Of a stretch of 64,000 nucleotides of DNA, positions 19,324 through 28,102 are shown piece by piece. A program made the translations under genes and the position numbers. Origin of the DNA: an uncultured Chloroflexia bacterium (GTDB lineage Bacteria > Chloroflexota > Limnocylindria > Limnocylindrales > CSP1-4). Position 1 is the stretch's first letter. Every line of letters starts with the position of its first letter. The DNA lies in assembly GCA_963724635.1 (NCBI GenBank), contig CAVRVI010000006.1, forward strand, positions 129,780-193,779, in the 5' to 3' direction. The notes under the pieces were generated by a model that was not told the DNA's origin, searched no databases, and worked only from the letters and a program-made list of their open reading frames with translations.

Positions 19324-19842
19324 TCAGGCGTCGACCGTGGCGCGGCAGGTCGCGCACCGACCGATCAGGGTCAGGTGCGACAGGTCGATCTCGAAGCCGC
19401 GCTCCGTGTCGAACGCGGTCGTGGCGGCCAGCACGGCAGGGTCGTCGGCGGCGAGCTCGGACTGCATGCCGCAGCGACGGCAATACAGGTGGCCGTGTTC
19501 CACGGCCGGGAGCACGTGGAATTCCTCGCGCCCGTCCGCGCCATGGCTGTGGCTCAGGACCCCGAGCTCCTCGAGCACATCGAGCGTGCGGTAGACCGTG
19601 GAGGGGATCGTCCCCGGGTCCACCTCCCGACAGCGGTCCACGAGCTCCGCGCCCGTCACGTGGCCGTCGGTGTGGGCCAGCACCTCCACGAGGATCCGTC
19701 GTTGGGGCGTCCAGCGCAGTCCCCGGGCCCGCAGCCGGTCCGGGATCCCGCCAGGCGGTGGGCACGTCCGCCCGGGCACGTCCGCCTCGGGCACGTCCGG
19801 TGATCCGGCAGGCGGCGGTGGCACCGATCCGATCTCGCGCAT
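19324..19842 (-). CDS. Fur-family metalloregulator (Fur/Zur/Nur type)
   Basis: Inner ATG at 19842 of ORF 19324..20355 gives ...LRARGLRWTPQRRILVEVLAHTDGHVTGAELVDRC...STVYRTLDVLEELGVLSHSH...HGHLYCRRCG...IGRCATC. It is divergent from the cbi/nik-type transporter operon. Confidence 0.85.
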   Translation of the reverse strand: MREIGSVPPPPAGSPDVPEADVPGRTCPPPGGIPDRLRARGLRWTPQRRILVEVLAHTDGHVTGAELVDRCREVDPGTIPSTVYRTLDVLEELGVLSHSHGADGREEFHVLPAVEHGHLYCRRCGMQSELAADDPAVLAATTAFDTERGFEIDLSHLTLIGRCATCRATVDA

Positions 19843-19883
19843 CGAACGAAGTATAGGGCGAGAGACTGCAAACCCACGCAGAT

Positions 19884-19895
19884 GCAACACGTTGC
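19884..19895. promoter_or_regulatory. Candidate Fur-family operator: palindrome GCAAC-AC-GTTGC in the fur/cbiM divergent intergenic region
   Basis: The palindrome GCAACACGTTGC is seen directly, flanked by further TGCAA/TGCG repeats (actGCAAacc...gaTGCAAcacgTTGCGatacTGCGc). It resembles TTGCAA-type Nur boxes. This is inference only. Confidence 0.3.
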
Positions 19896-20017
19896 GATAC
19901 TGCGCGCCAGCCTCTACGATGACGACAACGACCCCCGGGGGAACGGAGACCGCATCGCCCATGCCGATCATCGCGTCCATCGCCATCCATGCCTCCGGCG
20001 CCGGTCCGGCCACCCAG

Positions 20018-20704
20018 ATGCATGCGCCGGACGGCTTCCTGTCGCTGCCGGTCGCCCTCGTGATGTGGGTCGTCTCGATCGCGGTGCTCGCCGTCGCCGT
20101 CCGCGAGACCAACCGGACCCTCGATGACCGCGCGATCCCGCTCATGGGCGTGATGGCGGCGTTCATCTTCGCGGCCCAGATGTTCAACTTCCAGGTGGTC
20201 GGCGGGACGTCGGGCCACCTTCTGGGCGGCGTGCTCGCCGCGGTCCTGCTCGGGCCGTGGGCAGGAACCCTGGTGATGGCCTGCGTGATCGCTGTCCAGG
20301 CACTCGTCTTCCAGGATGGCGGCCTCGTCGTGATGGGCGCGAACATCTTCAACATGGGCGTGGTCGGGACGCTCGGCGGGTATGCCCTCTACCGGGCGTT
20401 GTGCTCGGTCATGGGTGGCGAGGCGCGCGCCCGGATCCCCGCGGCCGGGATCGCCGCGTGGGCCTCGGTCGTGGCCGGGTCGGCCTGCATCGCCCTGGAA
20501 CTGGCCATCTCCGGGACGACGACGCTCGCCATCGCCCTGCCCACGATGCTCGGCATCCACGCCCTGATCGGCATCGGTGAGGCCCTCATCACGATGGCCG
20601 CGCTCGGGTTCATCGCCGTGACCCGACCGGACCTCTTCCAGTTGCGCGATGCAGGCGCGGCCCGCGCCGCCGCGGCCGGCCGACCGCAGCAGGTGGCCGG
20701 CTGA
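20018..20704 (+). CDS. cbiM: ECF-type Co/Ni transporter substrate-capture component CbiM/NikM
   Basis: Inner ATG of ORF 19598..20704 gives the canonical N-terminus MHAPDGFLS. Further motifs are AFIFAAQMFNF, GTSGHLLGG, QDGG and ANIFNMG. The alternative upstream ATG at 19961 would add a 19-aa leader. Confidence 0.85.
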   Translation: MHAPDGFLSLPVALVMWVVSIAVLAVAVRETNRTLDDRAIPLMGVMAAFIFAAQMFNFQVVGGTSGHLLGGVLAAVLLGPWAGTLVMACVIAVQALVFQDGGLVVMGANIFNMGVVGTLGGYALYRALCSVMGGEARARIPAAGIAAWASVVAGSACIALELAISGTTTLAIALPTMLGIHALIGIGEALITMAALGFIAVTRPDLFQLRDAGAARAAAAGRPQQVAG

Positions 20705-21000
20705 TGGCGACGCTGCGCCGCTTCTGGTGGGTCGTCGGGCTCGCGATCGCGGCGGCGGTCGTGATCATCCTGGCGCCGCTAGCCTCGCCTGATCCCGACG
20801 GCCTCGAATTGGTCGCGGGACAGCACGGGTTCCTGGGCACGGCGCGCGACGCCTTGTACGCGGTGGTCCCCGACTACCACCTGCCCGGCATCGAGGACCC
20901 GGTGCTCTCGACGGTCCTCGCCGGTCTCCTTGGCGTCGGCATCGTGTTCCTGCTGATGGTCGGCCTGGGCCGGATGCTTCGCCGACGACGCAGCGCCTGA
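20704..21000 (+). CDS. PDGLE-domain small membrane protein (CbiN/NikN-like accessory component)
   Basis: Intact 98-aa ORF with two TM helices flanking SPDPDGLELVAGQHGF (the PDGLE motif). Its ATG overlaps the cbiM stop (TGATG). Confidence 0.75.
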   Translation: MATLRRFWWVVGLAIAAAVVIILAPLASPDPDGLELVAGQHGFLGTARDALYAVVPDYHLPGIEDPVLSTVLAGLLGVGIVFLLMVGLGRMLRRRRSA

Positions 21001-21021
21001 CGACCGACCGCGAGCCGCACC

Positions 21022-21819
21022 CTGGACCTCGACCGCTACATCGCTCGTCCCAGCTGGCTGCATGGCGCCGATGCCAGGCTCAAATTCCTGCTGACCCTCG
21101 CCTTCATCGTGATGGTCAGCCTCCTGCCCGTCGGCGCCTACGCCGCGATCCTCGTCGCCTGGCTGATGGTCGTCGCCCTGTCGTGGTCCGCCCACCTGGG
21201 TCCGTTGCGGACGGCGCGCGGCGCCTTCTTCGCCCTGCCGTTCATGTTGGCCGCCTTGCCACTGATCTTCACCCGCGGGGCGCCGTACTACGCGGTCATC
21301 GACCTTGGGCCGCTGACCCTGAGCATCAGCGAAGACGGCGTCCGCACCTTCACGACCATCGCCCTCAAGAGCTGGGTGAGCGTCCAGGCGGCCCTGCTGC
21401 TCGCGTTCACCACGCCGTTCCACGACCTCGTGGACGGCCTGCGTGAGCTGCGCCTGCCGCGGGTCATGGTCGCGATCATCAGCTTCATGTACCGCTATCT
21501 CGGCGTGATCGGTGACGAGGCGGGGCGGATGAATCGGGCACGGGCGGCCCGGTCGGCGGATCGCGGTGGCCGCGGCGCGGGAGGTTCGCTGCGATGGCGC
21601 GCCGGCGTGACCGGCTCCATGGTCGGATCGCTGTTCCTGCGCTCCTACGAACGCAGCGAACGGATCTACGCGGCCATGCAGGCGCGCGGGTTCGATGGCG
21701 AGCTGCGCTACCTGGCCGGTCCTCCCCTCTCGCGGCGGGCCCTCCTCGGGTTCGGGGCGGCGATCGCGGCCCTGGTCGTGTTCGAAGCGGCGGCCCAGCT
21801 CTGGGGACCGCGACTGTGA
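21022..21819 (+). CDS. cbiQ: ECF transporter transmembrane (T) component CbiQ
   Basis: ORF 21109..21819 plus conserved in-frame upstream residues (LDLDRYIARPSWLHGADARLKFLLTLAFIV). No ATG or GTG occurs between the stop at 21000 and 21109. The start is therefore uncertain: CTG 21022, GTG 21109, or an upstream indel. The motif FMYRYLGVIGDEAGRMNRARAAR is present. Confidence 0.75.
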   Translation: MDLDRYIARPSWLHGADARLKFLLTLAFIVMVSLLPVGAYAAILVAWLMVVALSWSAHLGPLRTARGAFFALPFMLAALPLIFTRGAPYYAVIDLGPLTLSISEDGVRTFTTIALKSWVSVQAALLLAFTTPFHDLVDGLRELRLPRVMVAIISFMYRYLGVIGDEAGRMNRARAARSADRGGRGAGGSLRWRAGVTGSMVGSLFLRSYERSERIYAAMQARGFDGELRYLAGPPLSRRALLGFGAAIAALVVFEAAAQLWGPRL

Positions 21820-22652
21820 CCATCGATCAGGAGCATCGGCACGCCCACGCCCACGCGCACGACGGGACGCCGCTGCACGAGCATGCGCACGAGCACGTCC
21901 ATGACGACGGCGCGGGCGCCCCGACCGATGGCGACCTCCACGACCGCTGGATCGACCTCGAGCACCTCCATTTCGCCTACCCGGACGGCTACGAGGCCCT
22001 CCACGGCATCGACCTCCGCATCGGGCGGGGCGAGAAGGTGGCCCTCGTGGGGCCCAACGGTGCCGGCAAGAGCACGCTCATGCTCCACCTCAACGGCATC
22101 CACAGCCCGAGCCACGGCAGTGTCCGGATCGGGGGCGTGCTGGTGGACCGCTCCACCGTGAAGCGCATCCGGGCCGAGGTCGGGCTGGTCTTCCAGGATC
22201 CCGACGACCAGCTCTTCAGCCCGACCGTGTTCGAGGACGTGGCCTTCGGGCCGGTCCACCTCGGGATGCCGGCCGACGAGGTGCACGGCCGCGTGGAGCG
22301 CGCCCTGGCCGCCGTCGGCATGGCCGGCTTCGAACGCCGGATGCCGCACCGCCTCTCGTTGGGTCAACGCAAGCGGGTGGCGCTGGCGACCGTGCTGTCC
22401 ATGGACCCGAGCGTGCTCGTCTTCGACGAACCGTCGGCCGGCCTGGACCCGCGTGGTCGGCGCGAGCTGATCGACCTGCTGCGCGGCCTGGACCAGACGA
22501 TGCTCGTGTCGACCCACGACATGCGCCTCGTGGCGGAATGCTTCCCGCGCACGATCGTCATGGACGAGGGCCTGGTCGTGGGCGACGGCCCGACGGCCGA
22601 CCTGCTGTCAGATGACGCCTTCCTCCAGGCTCACGGGCTGGAGCGCCCCTGA
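21816..22652 (+). CDS. cbiO: ECF transporter ATPase CbiO with a His-rich N-terminal extension
   Basis: GTG 21816 overlaps the cbiQ stop (GTGA). It has Walker A (GPNGAGKST), the signature LSLGQRKR and Walker B (VLVFDEPSAGLD). The first ~45 aa read VTIDQEHRHAHAHAHDGTPLHEHAHEHVHDD... Confidence 0.85.
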   Translation: MTIDQEHRHAHAHAHDGTPLHEHAHEHVHDDGAGAPTDGDLHDRWIDLEHLHFAYPDGYEALHGIDLRIGRGEKVALVGPNGAGKSTLMLHLNGIHSPSHGSVRIGGVLVDRSTVKRIRAEVGLVFQDPDDQLFSPTVFEDVAFGPVHLGMPADEVHGRVERALAAVGMAGFERRMPHRLSLGQRKRVALATVLSMDPSVLVFDEPSAGLDPRGRRELIDLLRGLDQTMLVSTHDMRLVAECFPRTIVMDEGLVVGDGPTADLLSDDAFLQAHGLERP

Positions 22653-22653
22653 C

Positions 22654-23859
22654 TCAGCTGGCGGTGACGGTCAGGTTGCCCTTCATGCCGGCGAGGTCGT
22701 GGCCGGACAGCTTGCACACGTACGTGTAGTCGCCGGCGGCGAGGTCGACGGTGAGCGTGCGATCGAGCCCCGGAACGAGGCCCTCGATCTCATCGACGAC
22801 CTGGTCGCCCTTGAAGATCTCGAACTCGTGCTCTTCGTTGCCCTTGTTCGTGACGTGGAACGCGACACCGCCCGCGGGAGCGGTCGCCGTCGATGGATCG
22901 AACTTGTACTCGGTGGCCGTGATCTCGATCGTCGTGCCGGCGGACGGCGCGGGGCCCTCGCTCCCGGTGGCTCCGCTGGCGGCCGTTCCACCACCGCAGG
23001 CCGCGACGGTCGCGACCAGGACGACGATCAACGTGGCCGTCGCCACGGTCGCCACCCGCGGCTTGCGCGGGCCCATCACGAACAGGATGAGCACGGGAAT
23101 CAGGTAGGCGAGGTAGCCGACGACCTGGAGGACGGTCGGCGATTCCCGATAGCCGAACAGCCCCGCGAGCAGCGATCCGATGAGGCCGGTCTCGGGAAGG
23201 ACGCCATGGAGGTCGAAGGCGACCGGCGTCGCCGGGAGGATGCCGGCCTCGACGAACTCGGCGATGCCGTAGGACACCAGTCCGGCCGAGACGAAGATCA
23301 GGACCACTCCCGTGATCGTGAAGAAGCGCCGCAGGTCGATACGGACGCCCATGGCGAAGATCCCATAGCCGATCGCGACCGCGACGGCCAGGCCGGCGAA
23401 CGAGGCGAGGAGCAGCGGCCCGACCGACGACTCGGACGAGCCGATGGCGAACAGGAAGAGCACGGTCTCCAGGCCCTCGCGGACGACCGCGATGAAGGCC
23501 AGGCTCGCGAGCGCCCAGGTGGACCCGACCTGGAGCGCCTTGTCGACGCCGGCTTCGAGCTCGCCCTTCATCGCCCGACCCTGGCGCCGCATCCAGAACA
23601 GCATCCAGGTCAGCACGACGACCGCAGCGAACGCGGCGATGCCCTCGATCACCGCCCGTGGTCCAAGCGGCAGGTTTCCCACCGTCGTCGCGACGATCAG
23701 GCCCGCTCCGATCGAGACGGCGAGCGCGGCGATCACCCCGACGGCGATCGTCGGCAGGGCGTCTCGCCGCCCGGTCTTGACCAGGTATGCCGCGATGATG
23801 CCGACGATGAGCGCGGCTTCGAGCCCCTCGCGGAGCATCAGGAAGAACGCAGCAGTCAC
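22654..23859 (-). CDS. FTR1/EfeU-family iron permease continuing in frame into a cupredoxin-domain lipoprotein-like module
   Basis: Intact 401-aa ORF. It has two REGLE motifs (LREGLEAAL, VREGLETVL) and 7 helices. From the internal ATG at 23076 it reads MGPRKPRVATVATATLIVVLVATVAAC, a lipoprotein-type signal with a lipobox. A cupredoxin domain follows (HEFEI...YVCKLSGHDLAGM). Confidence 0.8.
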   Translation of the reverse strand: MTAAFFLMLREGLEAALIVGIIAAYLVKTGRRDALPTIAVGVIAALAVSIGAGLIVATTVGNLPLGPRAVIEGIAAFAAVVVLTWMLFWMRRQGRAMKGELEAGVDKALQVGSTWALASLAFIAVVREGLETVLFLFAIGSSESSVGPLLLASFAGLAVAVAIGYGIFAMGVRIDLRRFFTITGVVLIFVSAGLVSYGIAEFVEAGILPATPVAFDLHGVLPETGLIGSLLAGLFGYRESPTVLQVVGYLAYLIPVLILFVMGPRKPRVATVATATLIVVLVATVAACGGGTAASGATGSEGPAPSAGTTIEITATEYKFDPSTATAPAGGVAFHVTNKGNEEHEFEIFKGDQVVDEIEGLVPGLDRTLTVDLAAGDYTYVCKLSGHDLAGMKGNLTVTAS

Positions 23860-24002
23860 GGTGGTCCGATGCCTCGGTCGACGGTGGCTCGCCCATCAGG
23901 TCTCCATGACCGTGGGATGCAAGGCACCTTGTCAGCCGAATGCTAGGTCAGCGGTCGTCGACCCGTCAAGCATCGCCGCGGTCGGCCGACGGGGCCGGAT
24001 GC

Positions 24003-24724
24003 TCAGTCGGCGGAGCGGATCTGGAACCGGGCGAGCGCGCGGGTGGTGATCGCGAACGACCCGATGATCACGATCACGATGACCAACCCGGCGGTCGCCG
24101 GGGCGAGGGCGGTCTCGCCGGTGTCCTGGCCCGTCCATGCGGCGGCGAGACCGAGCGTCGCCTGGCGGATGGACAGGAACTTCGTCCCCTCCAGCAGACC
24201 GGCGAGGACGCCCTCCCAGAGCAGCACGTAGGCGAGCCCGATGATCAGGGCGCGTGAGGTAAGCGCGCCGAGGGCGGTGAATGCACACGCGTACGCCGTG
24301 CAACCGGCCAGGGCCGCGAGGGCGTACCCGAAGGTGATTCCCAGCGACTCCCCGCCGACGCCGGAGACGAGGATCCCGGTGAGGATGATCGGTGGGATCA
24401 CGAGGACGGCCGTGAGCCCGGCCGCCACGATGAGCTTCGCGAGGGCGATCCGCCAGCGCGGGATCGGCTTGACCAGCAGGAAGACCGCGGTGCCGTCCTC
24501 GATCTCGGAGCCGATCGCCGCGGTCCCGATGATGAGCGCGACCAGCGGCAGGACGGTCCGGATGACCAGGGCGTCCAGGATGGCGGCGGTGTCGTTTCCA
24601 CCGCCGGCGATGCGGATCAGGAGGCCCACCAGCACCGGCAGGGCCACGAGCAACAGCATCAGGATCATGCGGCGGCGACCCAGCAGCCCGCGCAGGGTGA
24701 CGTTGATCAGGGCGCCCATGACCC

Positions 24725-24728
<4 letters not shown>
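24003..24728 (-). CDS. ABC-2-type transporter permease (COG1277/NosY-like)
   Basis: Inner ATG at 24728 of ORF 24003..24923 gives MRVMGALINVTLRGLLGRRRMILMLLLVAL...IGSEIEDGTAVFLLVKPIPRWRIALAKL. Six helices are predicted. The ATG overlaps the restored stop of the ATPase gene (ATGA). Confidence 0.75.
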
Positions 24729-25635
<907 letters not shown>

Positions 25636-25695
25636 GCGGCGCCGGCGCCGGCGCGGGCTCGGACGCGGGCGCGGTCGGCGGAGTCGAAGGCTCGG

Positions 25696-26595
25696 TCACA
25701 CGCTCACCCCCTGGTAGCGGCGCAGGACGAGGGCCGCCCCACCCGCGATGCCGGCGACCGCCGCAGCGACATAGACCCAGCCCGGGAAATTCGCGGCCAG
25801 CACCGGTGGTGACGACGCGATCGCCTCGAAGATCGCCGCGTTGAGGCCCTCGAGGATGTCGGCGACGCTGAGGAACAGCAGGAGCCGGGCCGCGTCGGGC
25901 GCCGAGAGCTCGGCGACGACGGCGACCACGATCGGCGGCACGATGAAGACCGCGATGATCCCGGCCGTGGCGTAGGCCCGTCTGGGGGTCCACGCGGCGA
26001 TCACCGCCGCCACCGCGGTCAACAGCCCGGCCGCGAGCGCCGACATCGCGAGGTAGCGCGGGATGTCCGCGGCCTCGTCCGACAGCCCGGTCAGCGGATC
26101 ACTCGCGGCCAGGATCGCGCCGAGGGTCAGCATGACCTGGGGTACCACGCACACCAGGAAGACCGCCAGGAACAGCCCGCCGAGGCGCGCGACCGCATAG
26201 TCGAAGCGGGTGAGCACGCGCGAGAAGTAGAGCGGCAGGACCCCATAGCGCTGGTCCTTCCCGAACAGCTCGGGGGCCTGGGCGGCGCAGAACAGCATGA
26301 TCAGCGTCGAGGTCAGTCCCTGATAGCTGTCGTGGCGGATCGGCGAGGCGTCGTCGAGCGCGCCACCGGCGCCCGCCTGCGACGCGATCGCCGTGATCCC
26401 GACCGCGAGGACGGCGGGCAGCAGCGCGAGCGCGGCCAGGCCGAACGGGACGATCTTCGCGCGGCCGCCGCGACCGATGCCGTATGCCGTCAGGAGCGTC
26501 GCACGCAGGAGGCCCAACGTGACCGCGACGCGCCCCAGACGCGGCCCGTCGTAGCCCTGGTAGCCGAGGTCGTAGATATTGCCCGAGGCGCTCAT
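25696..26595 (-). CDS. ABC-2-type transporter permease
   Basis: Inner ATG at 26595 of ORF 25696..26685 gives MSASGNIYDLGYQGYDGPRLGR... followed by six hydrophobic helices. The ATG overlaps the upstream ATPase stop (ATGA). Confidence 0.7.
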   Translation of the reverse strand: MSASGNIYDLGYQGYDGPRLGRVAVTLGLLRATLLTAYGIGRGGRAKIVPFGLAALALLPAVLAVGITAIASQAGAGGALDDASPIRHDSYQGLTSTLIMLFCAAQAPELFGKDQRYGVLPLYFSRVLTRFDYAVARLGGLFLAVFLVCVVPQVMLTLGAILAASDPLTGLSDEAADIPRYLAMSALAAGLLTAVAAVIAAWTPRRAYATAGIIAVFIVPPIVVAVVAELSAPDAARLLLFLSVADILEGLNAAIFEAIASSPPVLAANFPGWVYVAAAVAGIAGGAALVLRRYQGVSV

Positions 26596-27485
26596 CGGAA
26601 CAGCTCCTCGAGGCCGCGGCGGCGCTGCTGGATCCGGACGAGCGGCAGGTCGAGCTCGGCGACCACGTCGCGCACGATGTCCCATGGCCGCTCGTCGTGC
26701 AGATCCACGAGCACGGTCCGGCCATCCGCCACGGCGGTCAGTCCGGCCGCCACCAGGGCCGCGGCAAGCCGGTCGCTCCCCTCTTCGACCTCCACCGCCA
26801 GCGTGCCGGTGTGGGCCGTGAAGTCGCCCAACGGGGCCGCGCGGATGAGCTTGCCCGCATCGATGGCGACGAGGTAGTCGCAGACGCGCTCGATCTCACC
26901 CAGCAGGTGGCTCGCGACGATGACCGCGATCCCGAATTCCGTGCCGGTCCGCCGGACGAGGGCGAGCATCTCGTCGCGTCCGGCCGGATCCAGGCCGTTG
27001 GTGGGTTCATCGAGCAGCAGGAGTCGCGGGTCGTGGACGAGCGCCTGGGCGAGCTTCACGCGCTGCTTCATGCCGGTCGAGTAGCCACCGATGGGCCGGT
27101 AGCGCTCCTCGTACAGGCCGACATGGCGCAGCACCTCCGCCGTGCGCTCGCGCGCGGCCGAGCCCGGCAGGCCGGACAGGCGTCCCATCTGCCCGACGAA
27201 ATCGGTCGCGCTGATATCGGGCGGGAGGCAGTCGGACTCCGGCATGTAGCCGACGTAGCGCCGCAGCAGGCTGCCATCGGTCGCGACGTCGTGCCCGAGC
27301 ACGGTGGCCCGCCCGGAGGTCGGTTCGAGGAGGCCCAGGAGGATGCGCAGGAGCGTGCTCTTGCCGGCACCGTTGGCACCGACGAGGCCGATGATCCCGG
27401 GCTCCAGGGCAAGCGACAGGCCGTCGAGGGCGACCACGCCCGCGGGATAGCGCTTGGTCAGGGCTTCGGTCACGAGCAGCGGCAT
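26592..27485 (-). CDS. ABC transporter ATP-binding protein
   Basis: Intact 297-aa ORF with GANGAGKSTLL, YSTGMKQRVKLA and LLLDEPTNGLD. Confidence 0.9.
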   Translation of the reverse strand: MPLLVTEALTKRYPAGVVALDGLSLALEPGIIGLVGANGAGKSTLLRILLGLLEPTSGRATVLGHDVATDGSLLRRYVGYMPESDCLPPDISATDFVGQMGRLSGLPGSAARERTAEVLRHVGLYEERYRPIGGYSTGMKQRVKLAQALVHDPRLLLLDEPTNGLDPAGRDEMLALVRRTGTEFGIAVIVASHLLGEIERVCDYLVAIDAGKLIRAAPLGDFTAHTGTLAVEVEEGSDRLAAALVAAGLTAVADGRTVLVDLHDERPWDIVRDVVAELDLPLVRIQQRRRGLEELFR

Positions 27486-27748
27486 GGGCAGGACAAGCCT
27501 ACCGGAGCCCGGCCGCCGGCTGTCGGCCGCGCCCGTGACGGGTCGTGCCCTCGGCCCGGCCCCAGCGCTGCAACTTACGTCCTAGTCTCGTGGCGAATTC
27601 TTCTGCAAGCCCTGGCGGCGTTCAACTTGCGCCCTATTCGTGGGGAGACTGGCGCGGAAGAACTTGGCCAGATTCCGGGCTCATCGGGCTCTGGGAATGT
27701 GCACAGGATTCACGTGGGGACTGAGGCGGAAGATGTCGTGGCCGCAGC

Positions 27749-28102
27749 TCAGCTTCCCGTCAGCACGACCCACAGCAGCGCCACCTGCAAGGCCGTGGCC
27801 ACGGCTAGCACCGCGATGAACTCGGCGTGCCGGATCTTGTGGTGGAAGACCGCCATCCCCAGCCAGCCACCCGCCGCGCCGCCCGCGAGCGCGAGACCGT
27901 GCAGGCCCAGCTCCGGGATGCGCCACCCGTCACGCCGGGCCTGCGCCTTGTCGATGCCGTAGGCCGCGAACGTCGCCACGGACCAGCCGATGAGCCACGC
28001 CACGAGTCCGGGCAGCCCGACGATCCACGCGAGCCCGACCGAGAGCGCCAGCGCGCCGACCACAAGCGCCACGACGATCGCCCGATTGCGGCGCGACCCC
28101 AT
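27749..28102 (-). CDS. DUF1294-domain membrane protein
   Basis: Intact 117-aa ORF with YGIDKAQARRDGWRIPELGLHGLALAGGAAGGWLGMAVFHHKIRH. Its start overlaps the kinase gene stop. Confidence 0.8.
   Translation of the reverse strand: MGSRRNRAIVVALVVGALALSVGLAWIVGLPGLVAWLIGWSVATFAAYGIDKAQARRDGWRIPELGLHGLALAGGAAGGWLGMAVFHHKIRHAEFIAVLAVATALQVALLWVVLTGS

Noticed and set aside
19843-20017. A cobalamin or NiCo riboswitch might lie upstream of cbiM.
   Set aside because: I could not find the B12 box or the conserved GGGAA...GCCACTG-type core in a credible arrangement, nor a NiCo four-way junction pattern. A formal Infernal scan is still needed.
27486-27748. The 260-nt leader of the ABC operon might be a riboswitch or contain a small gene.
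   Set aside because: Only weak direct repeats (AAGTTGAACGC and AAGTTGCAGCGC) and plausible promoter boxes are present. There is no recognisable riboswitch core and no ORF longer than 17 codons.
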